Of a stretch of 64,000 nucleotides of DNA, positions 49,743 through 60,564 are shown one piece after another; position 1 is the first letter of the stretch; each line of letters starts with the position of its first letter. The notes below the pieces were generated by a model, which was not told the origin of the DNA, did no database searches, and saw nothing but the letters and a program-made list of their open reading frames with translations. A program made the position numbers and the translations under genes. Location: contig OZ244034.1 in NCBI GenBank assembly GCA_965215185.1, forward strand, positions 1,472,001 to 1,536,000. The letters run 5' to 3'. Origin of the DNA: Acidimicrobiia bacterium. GTDB taxonomy: Bacteria > Actinomycetota > Acidimicrobiia > Spongiisociales > ZC4RG35.

Positions 49743-49976
49743 GTGGCAACCGCGTACATACTGATTCAGACCGAGGTAGGAAAAGCCCAGCAGGTGGCGC
49801 GGAATGTGCGTTCCATCACCGGGGTGACCGAGGCCGAGAACGTCACCGGACCTTACGATGTGGTGGTGAGGGTGGAGGCTCCCGATGTGGACGGATTGGG
49901 ACGGCTGGTGGTGTCCGAAATCCAGATGCTGACCGGAATAACCCGCACTCTTACCTGCCCGGTGGTGCACCTCTGA
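49743..49976 (+). CDS. Stand-alone Lrp/AsnC ligand-binding domain protein
   Basis: AYILIQTEVGK, VTGPYDVV and GITRTLTCPVV motifs; RBS AAGGAGG. Confidence 0.88.
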   Translation: MATAYILIQTEVGKAQQVARNVRSITGVTEAENVTGPYDVVVRVEAPDVDGLGRLVVSEIQMLTGITRTLTCPVVHL

Positions 49977-50002
49977 ACCAAAACCCCCATTTCTCGCGAA
50001 CT

Positions 50003-52762
50003 GTGACAGATGTGGATCAAGTATCCGGTAACACCGATCTAGACAATCAAGCCAGGATGTTGCGCAACGACATCCGACGACTGGGGAACCAACTGGGGGA
50101 AACCCTGGTCCGCCAACAGGGAGAGGAACTGTTGGAGATGGTGGAGGCAGTGAGGGCGGTGGAGAAGGCCATTCGCTACCGGGAGGAGACCCAGGCGGTA
50201 CAGCAACTCGACGACCTGTTGGCCGGACTCGACCTGCACCAGGCCATGAACCTGGCCCGGGCTTTCAGCACATATTTTTATCTGGCCAACGTAGCCGAGC
50301 AGGTTCATCGCGTCGATTACCTGGCCTCCCAGGGCGATGAGCGGCTGTTGGAAAGAACCATCGACCGCATACTGGATAGTGACTGCGATCCTTCGATCAT
50401 CCAAGAGGTGGCCTCCCGGCTGGAGTGGCGGCCGGTGTTTACCGCTCACCCGACCGAGGCGGCCCGCAGGAGCCTGCTCACCAAGCAGAAGGCTCTGTCA
50501 GAACTGCTGCTGGAGCGAAACGATCCCCGGGCGGGACCTGCCCAGCACGCCCTGGTGGACCGTCGCACCGCAGAGTTGATCGATCAGATGTGGCAGACCG
50601 ACGAATTGCGGGGGGTGAAGCCCCTCCCCAGGGACGAGGCCGCAGCGGTGCTCTACTACCTGAACGATCTTTTCGCCGAAGTGCTTCCCGATCTGGGAGA
50701 CAAGATCCATCAGCAGTTTTCCCGGCTGGGTATCGGACACCGTGATCGCCAACCCATCCGGTTCGGCACCTGGGTGGGAGGAGATCGCGACGGAAATCCC
50801 TACATCACCCCCGAAGTCACCATGGATGTGCTCGAATGGCAACACCGCCAAGGTTTGCGCAACCTGGTGACGGCAGTGGAAAAACTGGCGTCCGAACTCT
50901 CCGTCTCCAGCCTCATCCAGGAGATCTCCGAAGAGTTGGTGGCTGAACTGGAGGGGGACAAGGTCATCCTTCCCGAGGTTTGGAAGCGTTTCCGCCGCCT
51001 CAATGCCACCGAGCCTTACCGTCTCAAGCTCTCCTTTATCCACCAGCGGCTCCACAACACCCTGACACGCTTGCAGGACGGGTCTCGCCATGTTCGGGGC
51101 GCTGATTATGCTCATCCCCGGCAACTCCTGGCCGAGTTGCATGTGATGGAATCCTCATTGCGGGCCAACTCCGGTGAGTTGATCGCCGACGGGGCGCTGG
51201 CTCGGCTGACCCGCAATGTGATGATCTTTGGGTTTTCCCTGGCCGTGATGGACATCCGAGAACACGCCGACCACCATCACATGGCCCTGACCAAGCTGTA
51301 TGAACCGCTGTCCATCGATTACCCCTCCCTGAATCGGGAAGAGCGCACTCGGCTGCTCTCCGAAGAGCTCTCCAACCCACGACCATTGGCCACCGCCGCC
51401 ACCAAACTGGGTGACCAGGCGGATGCGGTCCTCGACACCTTCCACACCGTGCGCAGGGCGCTTGACCGGTTCGGACCGGAAGTGATCGAAAGTTACATCA
51501 TCTCGATGACCCAGGGTCCCGACGATATCCTGGCCGCCGCCGCCCTGGCCCGGGAAGCGGGTCTGATTGATCTTCACCGGGGCGTCGCTCGCCTGGGCTT
51601 TGTGCCTCTTCTGGAGACCATCACCGAATTGCGGTCCGCCCCCGAGATCCTGGACCGGTTGCTCTCCGATAACGCCTATCGCCGGCTGGTCAGTCTGCGT
51701 GGCGATTTGCAGGAGGTGATGCTTGGGTATTCCGATTCCAGCAAACACGGTGGGATCACCACTTCCCAGTGGGAGATATATCAGGCCCAGGAAAAGCTGG
51801 GGGATGTGACGCAGCGGCATGGCGTGCGTCTCCTGCTGTTTCACGGGCGGGGCGGTACTGTCGGCCGGGGTGGGGGGCCCACGCACAGCGCGATACTGGC
51901 CCAACCCGCCGGGATGGTAAACGGATCGGTGAAGGTGACAGAGCAGGGTGAGGTGATCTCCGACAAATACGGGCTCCCCGCCCTGGCGGATCGCAACCTG
52001 GAACTGGCCCTATCTTCAGTCTTGGAGGCGTCCCTGCTCCACACCATCCAACATCACTCTCCGGCCCGACGCCAGATGTGGTACAAAGCTATGGACCTGG
52101 TGTCGGGGGAGAGCTTTGCCCGTTACCGGAATCTGGTGGAGGTCGACGGGCTGGTCGACTATTTCCTGTCCTCCACCCCCGTTGAGGAATTGACTCACCT
52201 CAACATCGGCTCCCGCCCGGCCCGGCGACCCGGTGGGGGGAAGGCGGAACTGGAGAGCATGAGAGCGATTCCCTGGGTGTTCGGATGGACGCAGTCCCGC
52301 CAGAATGTTCCCGGCTGGTACGGCCTGGGATCGGGCCTGGCAGCCGCTCGGCGGGCCGGACTCACCGAGACCCTCCAAGACGCCTACCGAAACTGGTCGT
52401 TCCTGGCCACCTTCATCTCCAATGTGGAAATGACCCTCTTCAAGACCGACCTGGATGTGGCCGGCCGCTACGTATCGGCGCTGGTCGATCCCCGTCATCA
52501 CCACATCTTCGAGGTGATCAAAGAGGAACATCAACGCACCACCGAGGAACTGCGGCTCCTCACCGGTGGGGCGCTTTTGTCTTCGAGCCCCGTGCTGCGC
52601 CGAACGCTGGAAGTACGGGACATCTACTTGGATCCCCTCAGCTTCCTGCAGGTGGCGCTTCTCAAGAGATCCCGCTCCCAAGACTTTGCTGACCCCCTCT
52701 TGCAACGTGCGCTGCTGATTACCGTCAACGGCATCGCAGCCGGAATGCGCAACACCGGATGA
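50003..52762 (+). CDS. ppc: Phosphoenolpyruvate carboxylase
   Basis: VFTAHPTE, GGDRDGNP, VMLGYSDS.K, FHGRGGTVGRGG and GMRNTG motifs. Confidence 0.97.
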   Translation: MTDVDQVSGNTDLDNQARMLRNDIRRLGNQLGETLVRQQGEELLEMVEAVRAVEKAIRYREETQAVQQLDDLLAGLDLHQAMNLARAFSTYFYLANVAEQVHRVDYLASQGDERLLERTIDRILDSDCDPSIIQEVASRLEWRPVFTAHPTEAARRSLLTKQKALSELLLERNDPRAGPAQHALVDRRTAELIDQMWQTDELRGVKPLPRDEAAAVLYYLNDLFAEVLPDLGDKIHQQFSRLGIGHRDRQPIRFGTWVGGDRDGNPYITPEVTMDVLEWQHRQGLRNLVTAVEKLASELSVSSLIQEISEELVAELEGDKVILPEVWKRFRRLNATEPYRLKLSFIHQRLHNTLTRLQDGSRHVRGADYAHPRQLLAELHVMESSLRANSGELIADGALARLTRNVMIFGFSLAVMDIREHADHHHMALTKLYEPLSIDYPSLNREERTRLLSEELSNPRPLATAATKLGDQADAVLDTFHTVRRALDRFGPEVIESYIISMTQGPDDILAAAALAREAGLIDLHRGVARLGFVPLLETITELRSAPEILDRLLSDNAYRRLVSLRGDLQEVMLGYSDSSKHGGITTSQWEIYQAQEKLGDVTQRHGVRLLLFHGRGGTVGRGGGPTHSAILAQPAGMVNGSVKVTEQGEVISDKYGLPALADRNLELALSSVLEASLLHTIQHHSPARRQMWYKAMDLVSGESFARYRNLVEVDGLVDYFLSSTPVEELTHLNIGSRPARRPGGGKAELESMRAIPWVFGWTQSRQNVPGWYGLGSGLAAARRAGLTETLQDAYRNWSFLATFISNVEMTLFKTDLDVAGRYVSALVDPRHHHIFEVIKEEHQRTTEELRLLTGGALLSSSPVLRRTLEVRDIYLDPLSFLQVALLKRSRSQDFADPLLQRALLITVNGIAAGMRNTG

Positions 52763-52784
52763 TCGAGAAAGTAGCAGCCCGAAC

Positions 52785-53420
52785 ATGAAATCTTCCAACC
52801 TCACAGTGGTAAAACACCCTCTGGTTATCCATTATCTGACCGTCCTGCGCGATGTTCGCACTCCCATTCGAGAATATCGGGAGGCGACCCGCAAACTCAC
52901 CTGGCTCCTGGTTGCCGAGGCGGTTGCCGATCTGCCGTTGACCGCCCTGGAGATCGAAACACCCATGGAGAGCGGGTTTGTCGGCGGGCGGCTAGGGAAA
53001 CCAACCGTCCTGGCGGCCGTCCTGCGAGCCGGCCTGGGCATGCTGGAAGGCGCTCTCGACCTCCTGGGAGACTCCACCGTCGGCTACATCGGCCTGCAGC
53101 GGGATGAGCAGACCGTGCGGCCGGTCGGCTATTACACCAAGCTCCCCACCCTCCACGGCGCCCGGACGCTGGTGCTCGAACCCATGCTGGCCACTGGTGG
53201 TTCCCTGGCCAAGGCTGTTGACCTTGTCAAAGCAGAAGGCGCTGACGACGTCGCCGCGGTGTGCATCGTCACCTGCCCCGAAGGGGTGGAGACCATGGCC
53301 AGGCGCCATCCGGACACTACGGTCTTCACCGCGGGTCACGACCGGGAACTGGACCCCAGAAGCTACATCCTTCCCGGACTGGGAGACATGGGAGACCGAC
53401 TATTCGGAACTCCCCACTAG
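52785..53420 (+). CDS. upp: Uracil phosphoribosyltransferase
   Basis: HPL, LRAGLGM, PMLATGGS and YILPGLGDMGDRLFGT motifs. Confidence 0.95.
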   Translation: MKSSNLTVVKHPLVIHYLTVLRDVRTPIREYREATRKLTWLLVAEAVADLPLTALEIETPMESGFVGGRLGKPTVLAAVLRAGLGMLEGALDLLGDSTVGYIGLQRDEQTVRPVGYYTKLPTLHGARTLVLEPMLATGGSLAKAVDLVKAEGADDVAAVCIVTCPEGVETMARRHPDTTVFTAGHDRELDPRSYILPGLGDMGDRLFGTPH

Positions 53421-53425
53421 ATGTG

Positions 53426-53704
53426 ATGTGCCATACGCCGGATTTCGAGCAGGCCGTATTGGGAGTGCTGGCGGACCTGCCCGAGGGGCAGGTGATCAGC
53501 TACGGGGAACTGGCCGCAGCAGCCGCTCATAGCGGCGCGGCCCGGGCAGTGGGAAATCTCTTGAAGACCACCGCCGAAGCGGTCCCATGGTGGAGAGTGA
53601 TAAGAGCCGATGGCCGTCTGGCGGCCCCCGATGTCGGCCGCCAGACGGCGAAACTGCGGGACGAGGGAGTGCTGGTTCGAAATGGTCGACTGGCCCGGCG
53701 ATGA
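53426..53704 (+). CDS. Alkyltransferase-like (ATL) MGMT-family protein
   Basis: P.G.V.SYGELA, ARAVG and PWWRV motifs (Trp replaces the catalytic Cys). Confidence 0.85.
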   Translation: MCHTPDFEQAVLGVLADLPEGQVISYGELAAAAAHSGAARAVGNLLKTTAEAVPWWRVIRADGRLAAPDVGRQTAKLRDEGVLVRNGRLARR

Positions 53705-53717
53705 GGATTCGACCGTG

Positions 53718-54902
53718 ATGCGCGATTGCCTGGAGCGGGCAGTGGTCGTGGTGCTGGACTCCTGCGGAGCGGGCGAAGCGCCCGACGCCGATCGGTACGG
53801 AGACGCCGGATCGGACACCTTGGGCAATGTGGCCCGGGTGGTGGGGGGACTGCGACTCCCCAATTTCGAGGCGGCGGGACTGGGTGTTCTACACAGCCTG
53901 GAAGGCGTTTCCCCCACGAAACACCCGACCATGGCCTTCGGGCGGATGACCCCCGCCTCGGTGGGAAAAGACTCCACCACCGGGCATTGGGAGATAGCGG
54001 GCCTCACCACAACCCACCCCTTCGGCCTCTTCCCCCAAGGGTTTCCCCCCGCATTAACCGGCATTGTCGAGGCCGAGTTCGGACGCCGGTTTCTGGGCAA
54101 CCTCGCCGCCTCCGGCACGGTCATCATCGAAAAACTAGGATCGGAGCACCTAGCCACCGGACGCCCGATTCTCTACACCTCCGCCGACTCGGTGTTCCAG
54201 ATCGCCTGCCACACCGATGTGCTCGAACTTCCCGAGTTGTACCGCCTTTGTCGAATCGCCCGACGCCACTGCAATGAATACCGGATCGGAAGGGTGATTG
54301 CCCGACCCTTTACCGGCCAACCGGGTAGCTTTCATCGCACTTATGATCGAAAGGACTTCTCGATGCCGCCCCCGGCTCCCACCTTGCTGGACCTGGTGAA
54401 CGACGCCACAATGACCGTGTGGGGAATCGGCAAGACCCACGACCTGTTCCGCGGCAGGGGCCTCACCCGCTCCGAGCACACCGAAGGCGATCTGGACGGG
54501 CTGGCCAAAACGGAGAACGCCATCTCCCAGATGGTCAGCGAAGGCGCCTCCGGGCTGGTCTTCACCAACCTGGTGGACCTGGACATGCGCTACGGGCACC
54601 GCCAGGATCCCCATGGATACGCCTCGGGCCTAGCCGCCATCGATGCCCGGATTCCTGCCCTGGTGAACGCCCTCGGGGAGCGCGATCTGCTGTTCATCAC
54701 TGCCGACCACGGCACCGATCCCACCGATGACACCACCGATCACACCCGCGAGTTCGCACCGTTGCTGGTGGCGGGAAGAAGAGCAGCCGGGGTTGATTTG
54801 GGAATTCGCGGGCAGTTCTGCGATGTGGCGGTCACCATCGCCGAAGGGTTCGGTCTCACCGCCCCTTGGAAGGGGACATCGTTCTGGGCGGAGGTGGCAT
54901 GA
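53718..54902 (+). CDS. deoB: Phosphopentomutase
   Basis: VLDS.G.G, GKDSTTGHWE, YTSADSVFQIA, NLVD.D..YGHR and TADHG motifs. Confidence 0.95.
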   Translation: MRDCLERAVVVVLDSCGAGEAPDADRYGDAGSDTLGNVARVVGGLRLPNFEAAGLGVLHSLEGVSPTKHPTMAFGRMTPASVGKDSTTGHWEIAGLTTTHPFGLFPQGFPPALTGIVEAEFGRRFLGNLAASGTVIIEKLGSEHLATGRPILYTSADSVFQIACHTDVLELPELYRLCRIARRHCNEYRIGRVIARPFTGQPGSFHRTYDRKDFSMPPPAPTLLDLVNDATMTVWGIGKTHDLFRGRGLTRSEHTEGDLDGLAKTENAISQMVSEGASGLVFTNLVDLDMRYGHRQDPHGYASGLAAIDARIPALVNALGERDLLFITADHGTDPTDDTTDHTREFAPLLVAGRRAAGVDLGIRGQFCDVAVTIAEGFGLTAPWKGTSFWAEVA

Positions 54903-56224
54903 AGTTTTCGGCTGTCGAGCTGATCGAGCGCAAGCGGGACGGCTTCGGCCTGACCACCGCCCAGATCCGCTGGCTGATCTCCGCCTTCACCAGCGGTGAG
55001 GTAACCGACTACCAGATGGCTGCCATGGCCATGGCTGTGTATCTGCGGGGGCTGGATCCCGACGAGTTGGCAACCTGGACCGAGGCCATGCTCCACTCGG
55101 GTGAGACCCTTGACCTATCCGGATTGGACGGTCCCAAGGTGGACAAGCACTCCACCGGCGGGGTGGGCGACAAGACAACCATCCCCCTGCTGCCCATGGT
55201 CCGGGCCTGCGGGGTGCTGGCCCCCACTTTGAGCGGACGAGGATTGGGCCATACGGGGGGAACCCTTGACAAACTGGAGTCCATCCCCGGTCTGAGTACC
55301 TCTTTGGATTCCAACCGATTCATGGAAGTGCTGTCCGCCCACGGAATGGTCTACGGGGGTCAGTCGGAGAATCTCGCCCCTGCCGATCGTAAGCTATACG
55401 CACTGCGGGACGCCACCGGCACCGTACCCTCCCTTCCCCTCATCGCCTCTTCCATAATGTCCAAGAAGTTGGCCGAGGACCTGGACGGCCTGGTGCTGGA
55501 TGTCAAAACCGGATCGGGGGCCTTCATGCCCGACCCGGGGCAGGCGCGGGAGTTGGCCACGGTGATGGTGGGAATCGGGAGGGCGTATGGAGTGACGACC
55601 ACGGCTTTGCTGACCAGCATGGACTCCCCGCTGGGAAGGGAAGTCGGCAACGCTTCGGAGATCAGGGAGTCTCTGCGCATCCTCCGCGGAGAGGGACCCG
55701 ACGATCTATGGGAGATCATCCTGGCGCTGGGTAGCGAGATGCTGATAGTGGGGGGAAGGACAAGTGACGAATCCGCGGCCCGCCGGATGCTGACAGAAGC
55801 GGTTCTATCCGGCCGGGCGATGGAGCTGTTCGGTCGGGTAGTGGAGGCCCAGGGCGGTGACCGCCGGGTCGTGGAGGACGATTCCCTGCTGCCTCTCGCT
55901 CCCCACCAGGCGCAAATCGTCGCCCCTGCCTCGGGCTGGGTGACCGCCTGCAATGCACGGACGGTGGGAACCGCCGCCGCCCGCCTGGGAGCCGGCCGGG
56001 AACGCAAGGAAGACACCATCGACCCCGGAGTGGGAATCACTGTTTTGGCCAAACCGGGTGACAGGGTGGAACCGGGAACGCCCCTCGCGCAGATCGTCTA
56101 TCGAGAAGAAGCCCGCTGGCAGTCGGTCCGCAGTCTGCTGGAAGGAGCATGGTCGATTGGAGACCAACCACCCGAACCCCTTCCCCTCATAGGGGAAAAG
56201 ATCCGAAGCACCGAGATGGGATGA
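54899..56224 (+). CDS. deoA: Thymidine/pyrimidine-nucleoside phosphorylase
   Basis: DKHSTGGVGDK, SGRGLGHTGGTLDKLES and SSIMSKK motifs. Confidence 0.93.
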   Translation: MKFSAVELIERKRDGFGLTTAQIRWLISAFTSGEVTDYQMAAMAMAVYLRGLDPDELATWTEAMLHSGETLDLSGLDGPKVDKHSTGGVGDKTTIPLLPMVRACGVLAPTLSGRGLGHTGGTLDKLESIPGLSTSLDSNRFMEVLSAHGMVYGGQSENLAPADRKLYALRDATGTVPSLPLIASSIMSKKLAEDLDGLVLDVKTGSGAFMPDPGQARELATVMVGIGRAYGVTTTALLTSMDSPLGREVGNASEIRESLRILRGEGPDDLWEIILALGSEMLIVGGRTSDESAARRMLTEAVLSGRAMELFGRVVEAQGGDRRVVEDDSLLPLAPHQAQIVAPASGWVTACNARTVGTAAARLGAGRERKEDTIDPGVGITVLAKPGDRVEPGTPLAQIVYREEARWQSVRSLLEGAWSIGDQPPEPLPLIGEKIRSTEMG

Positions 56225-56228
56225 GCCT

Positions 56229-57053
56229 ATGAACGACCTCTATGACCGACTTCAAGCTGCTGCCCGGGCAATTGCTGAAGCCACCGGCCAACCCCGCCAT
56301 GACGTGGTGGTGGTGCTCGGCTCGGCGTCGGGAGATCTTCCCGAGCATTTGGAAGAAATAACCGCCGTCCCCTATTCGCAGATCCCCGGTTTCCCCGTTC
56401 CGGCCGTGATGGGGCATTCGGGAACGCTCTACTCGGCCCCCTTCGGAGACAACCGGGTCTTGTTGCTGGCCGGAAGAGTCCATGCCTACGAGGGCTATCC
56501 CACCGACGAGCTGACCTTCGCGGTACGCGCCTGCCTGTTGGCCGGATGCCATACCCTGGTGGTGACCAATGCGGCGGGAGGATGCGGTGACGGGATGACA
56601 GCGGGATCGATAGTGGTTATCCGCGACCACATCAATCTGGCCGGGATCAATCCCCTGGTCGGCCCCAACGACCCCCGGATGGGAACCCGGTTTCCCGACA
56701 TGTCGGACACCTATACCCCCCAACTGCGCCAGTTGGCTATGGAAATCGCCGCCCAGGAGAAAATCGCCCTATCCGAGGGGGTTTACGCCTGGTTTCTCGG
56801 TCCCACCTTCGAAACCCCCGCCGAGGTGGAGATGGCGCGTCGGTTGGGCGCTGACCTGGTGGGCATGTCCACCGTGCCCGAAGTGATCTGCGCCCGCCAC
56901 CTGGGAAGAAAGGTGCTGGGCCTGTCGGTGGTAACCAATCTGGCGGCCGGTATCGCCGACCATCCCCTCACCCATGAGGATGTCAATGCCACCGCCGCAC
57001 TGGTGAAGGATGATTTCGCCCGGTTCATCACCGCCCTTCTCCCTCACATTTGA
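56229..57053 (+). CDS. punA: Purine-nucleoside phosphorylase (trimeric type)
   Basis: GRVHAYEG, TNAAGG, DHINL, GPTFETPAE, GMSTVPE and TNLAAG motifs. Confidence 0.92.
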   Translation: MNDLYDRLQAAARAIAEATGQPRHDVVVVLGSASGDLPEHLEEITAVPYSQIPGFPVPAVMGHSGTLYSAPFGDNRVLLLAGRVHAYEGYPTDELTFAVRACLLAGCHTLVVTNAAGGCGDGMTAGSIVVIRDHINLAGINPLVGPNDPRMGTRFPDMSDTYTPQLRQLAMEIAAQEKIALSEGVYAWFLGPTFETPAEVEMARRLGADLVGMSTVPEVICARHLGRKVLGLSVVTNLAAGIADHPLTHEDVNATAALVKDDFARFITALLPHI

Positions 57054-57086
57054 GCAGGTCGAGAAGTAGTATCATTCGCTTTTCTC

Positions 57087-57845
57087 ATGCGTATTGTGGT
57101 TTGCGTTAAGCAGATTCCCGACCCGGCCAACCCAGCCCGATTTGATCCGCAGACGCACCGGCTGGTGAGGTCAGACGATCAGATCCTCGACGACACCGAT
57201 CGCTACGGCGTGGAGATGGGGCTTCGTCTGGCTGAGGCCACCGGGGGAACGGTGACCCTGGTTTCGATGGGCCCAGTCGGCCGCGCCCAGGGCATTCGCC
57301 AAGCCTTGGCAATGGGCGCCGACCAGGCGGTGATGATTGAGGACGATTCCCTGACGGGTTCAGATGCCCTCACCACCGCCCGGATTCTGGCGGCTGCCAT
57401 CGAACGCACCGGATTCGACCTGGTGATATGCGGAACTGAATCCACCGACGGGTACTCGGGGGTGGTGCCACAGATGATGGCCGAGCTGTTGGGAGTGGCG
57501 GCGCTCACCTATGCCACCGGGGTGGAGGTGAGCGAACACCAGGTGACCATCCACCGGCAGACCAGCGCCGGCTACGACGTGGTGGTGTCAAATCTTCCCG
57601 CTCTGGTGTCGGTTACGGCCGGGGTGGTGGAACCGCGTTACCCGACCTTCCGAGGCATAATGCAGGCCAAGAAAAAGCCGACCGAAACGTTTGAGGCTTC
57701 CGACTTGGGAGTGGAGGTCCGCATCGGACAAAAAGTGGTGTCGGTTGTTCCTGCGGCCGAACGGCAGGCCGGAGTGATAGCCGAGGATGAGGGAGAAGGG
57801 CATCTGCTCATCTTGGAGAAGCTTCGGGAAGCAAAGGTGATCTGA
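57087..57845 (+). CDS. etfB: Electron transfer flavoprotein beta subunit
   Basis: [15 protein letters not shown] and EPRYPT.RGIM.AKKKP motifs. Confidence 0.93.
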   Translation: MRIVVCVKQIPDPANPARFDPQTHRLVRSDDQILDDTDRYGVEMGLRLAEATGGTVTLVSMGPVGRAQGIRQALAMGADQAVMIEDDSLTGSDALTTARILAAAIERTGFDLVICGTESTDGYSGVVPQMMAELLGVAALTYATGVEVSEHQVTIHRQTSAGYDVVVSNLPALVSVTAGVVEPRYPTFRGIMQAKKKPTETFEASDLGVEVRIGQKVVSVVPAAERQAGVIAEDEGEGHLLILEKLREAKVI

Positions 57846-57847
57846 CC

Positions 57848-58801
57848 ATGGCGCAAGTGTGGGTCTTCTGCGAGGAGGCTGACGGAACGCCGTCCACTCT
57901 GGGATTGGAACTGCTGGCCAAGGCCCGTCAACTGGGCAAGGCGACGGTGCTCTACGTGGGAACCGGATCCCAGCAGTCTTGGGAAACGCTGGGAGACCAC
58001 GGTGCGGCGCGGGTCTTCCACTTCAACCCCGGCGATATGCTGGCCGCGGCGCCGGTGGCGGCGGCTACCGCATCTTTGGCCACCGAACAGCCTCCGCAGA
58101 TGATTCTGTTCGGACAGGCCTACACCGACCGTGACGTCGCCGGTCGGCTGGCGGTCCGGTTGGGTGTTCCGGTCCTCTCCAACGCGGTCGACGTGACTTT
58201 GGAACCGGACGGGAAGGTCACTACCCGTCATGAGATTTCAGGTGGATCAGAGATTGCCGAAGCGGTCTTTCTAACTGGCGGCCCGCGTCTGGTGATCATT
58301 CGGCCCAAGTCTTTCCCGGCCGAGCCGGTGGGCGGAACCCTGCCCGAGGTGATTGCGGTGAAACTGCCCGATGCGGGAAGATCGGCCGCACTGGTGACCC
58401 AACGCCACATGCGGGAACGAAAAGGGCCCGATTTGGAGGGGGCGGCGGTGATCGTCTCGGGAGGACGAGGACTGGGCTCGGCCGAACACTATTCCCTGGT
58501 GGAAGGAGTGGCTGGACCACTGGGAGCAGCCACCGGAGCAACCCGCGCCATTGTCGACGCCGGATGGGTACCCTACGCAAAGCAGGTGGGACAGACCGGC
58601 AAGACCGTCAAACCGGATGTCTACATCGCCTGCGGCATCTCCGGAGCCATGCAGCATCTGGTGGGAATGAAGGACGCCAAAACCATCATCGCCATCAACA
58701 AGGATCCCGATGCGCCCATCTTCACCATCGCCGATCTGGGGATCGTGGGCGACGTTCACAAAGTAATGCCCAAGCTGATTGCGGAGTTGTCCGACAACTG
58801 A
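57848..58801 (+). CDS. etfA: Electron transfer flavoprotein alpha subunit
   Basis: [24 protein letters not shown] and [11 protein letters not shown] motifs. Confidence 0.94.
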   Translation: MAQVWVFCEEADGTPSTLGLELLAKARQLGKATVLYVGTGSQQSWETLGDHGAARVFHFNPGDMLAAAPVAAATASLATEQPPQMILFGQAYTDRDVAGRLAVRLGVPVLSNAVDVTLEPDGKVTTRHEISGGSEIAEAVFLTGGPRLVIIRPKSFPAEPVGGTLPEVIAVKLPDAGRSAALVTQRHMRERKGPDLEGAAVIVSGGRGLGSAEHYSLVEGVAGPLGAATGATRAIVDAGWVPYAKQVGQTGKTVKPDVYIACGISGAMQHLVGMKDAKTIIAINKDPDAPIFTIADLGIVGDVHKVMPKLIAELSDN

Positions 58802-58973
58802 CCCCCGAAGGAGCAGGCGGAAAGCCCTCACCTTCCGGATTCCTTTCCCAAACGGCCGTTGCCCGCCATGGGTGTGAGCCCAATATGTAACATCTCTACC
58901 GAGGGATATGTGATCGGTAGAACCAACTATCCCTTCCACCGGTCCTATCACCTGTGAGAGAAAGGATTTTGTT

Positions 58974-60164
58974 TTGGGTACTGGAGATATTGCTTGGATG
59001 ATCACCGCCTCCGCCCTGGTGCTGCTCATGGTGCCGGGACTGGCGCTCTTCTATGGCGGAATGGTGAACAGCAAGAACGTAGTCAACATGCTGATGATGA
59101 ACGTCGTCACCATACCCATAGCCACCATCACGTGGGTGATCGTCGGGTTCTCATTGGCGTTTGGCTCCTCGGCCGGTGGACTGGGCTTTATCGGAGACTT
59201 CAGCAAGGTGGGCCTGGAAGGTCTCCCCGACGAGGAAACTCTCTTCTCTGTTTTCCAGATGATGTTCGCCATCATTACTCCCGCCCTGATCGCAGGTGCG
59301 GTGGCCGGGAGGATGAAGTTTTCTTCCTGGGTGATCTTTGCGGCGCTGTGGTCACTTTTGGTCTACCCGGTAGTGGCCCACTGGGGATTCGCCCCTGACG
59401 GGCTGCTGTATGCCTGGGGCGCCCGGGATTTCGCGGGAGGTTTGGTGATCCATATCAACTCGGGGATCGCCGCCCTGGCTCTCATCAGGGTGTTGGGGCC
59501 CCGACGGGACTTCGGAGTCGAACATCCCCCCCATTCTCTCCCCATAACCGTCATCGGGACCGGTCTTCTCTGGTTCGGATGGTTCGGATTCAACGCCGGC
59601 TCGGCCCTGGCCGCCGATGGAGCGGCCATCACCGCCCTACTCAATACCCAAGTGGGCGCGGCCTTGGGGGCATTCGGATGGATGGTCTCCGACTGGATCC
59701 GTCATCGTCGTCCCACCTTGTTGGGCCTGGTGTCCGGCGCGGTGGCGGGACTGGTGGCCATCACTCCGGCGGCAGGGTACGTCAGCCCGTCGGCAGCCAT
59801 CGTGATCGGAGTGGTGGGCGGATACGTTTGCTCGATGGTGGTGGGGCTCAAAGAACAGTTCGGATATGACGACTCTCTGGATGTGGTGGGGATCCACATG
59901 GTGGGGGGAGTGATAGGTTCCATACTCACCGGAGTGTTCTCCTCCACGAACTACGGCGAATTCAACGGCCTCATATACGGTGGAGCATCGTTCTTCGGAA
60001 AGCAGGTAGTGGCGGTTTTGGCGGTTATTGCCTTCAGCTACAGCGCCACCTGGGTGTTGGCCAAAATCCTGGACAAGACCATCGGCCTGCGGGCCAGCGA
60101 GGAAGATGAAATACTCGGTTTGGACATCTCCCAGCACGGCGAAGACGCCTACTGGATCCGCTAG
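58974..60164 (+). CDS. amtB: Ammonium transporter
   Basis: PGLALFYGG, FQMMFAIIT, DFAGG.V.H, LWFGWFGFNAGS and DDSLDV.G.H motifs. Confidence 0.96.
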   Translation: MGTGDIAWMITASALVLLMVPGLALFYGGMVNSKNVVNMLMMNVVTIPIATITWVIVGFSLAFGSSAGGLGFIGDFSKVGLEGLPDEETLFSVFQMMFAIITPALIAGAVAGRMKFSSWVIFAALWSLLVYPVVAHWGFAPDGLLYAWGARDFAGGLVIHINSGIAALALIRVLGPRRDFGVEHPPHSLPITVIGTGLLWFGWFGFNAGSALAADGAAITALLNTQVGAALGAFGWMVSDWIRHRRPTLLGLVSGAVAGLVAITPAAGYVSPSAAIVIGVVGGYVCSMVVGLKEQFGYDDSLDVVGIHMVGGVIGSILTGVFSSTNYGEFNGLIYGGASFFGKQVVAVLAVIAFSYSATWVLAKILDKTIGLRASEEDEILGLDISQHGEDAYWIR

Positions 60165-60185
60165 GAGTTACCAAAAGAGACGCAC

Positions 60186-60237
60186 TGTGAGCCGGAACTC
60201 TCGCATAAATATGGGAAATTCCGGCTCACACCTTTTT
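60186..60237 (+). terminator. Hairpin with T-tract downstream of amtB
   Basis: TGTGAGCCGGAA ... TTCCGGCTCACA followed by CCTTTTT. Confidence 0.65.
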
Positions 60238-60564
60238 CTCGCGATTGCCACTTGTATCTCGCGAAACCCCAGCTAGTTTTTAGGGCCCCTCCCCCACCAC
60301 CACCGCCATCTGGGTTTTCGCGAAAACCCGCGGCCCGGTGAGGGGCGGTTTTGCGCATGTTATGACCTCTGGGAATTCTGCGATCCGATGAGCTCTGCGG
60401 CCGGACCGGAGGCTTTTGTCGTAACCAGTACAGCATGGATCAAAATGAAACGATCGTGAAGCTGCGAAGGTGGGGTTGATTCGCGGCATTGGGCGGTTTA
60501 TTGCCGGGTCTGATGTTTATCGGCGCCCATGGCGACTCAAAGGTCCGGCGCCACTCAGATCTCT

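Noticed and set aside
58885-58925. GlnR box upstream of amtB
   Set aside because: GTAAC and GTGAT half-sites are present, but they are 23 bp apart and the b-sites do not fit the 11/22-bp pattern.
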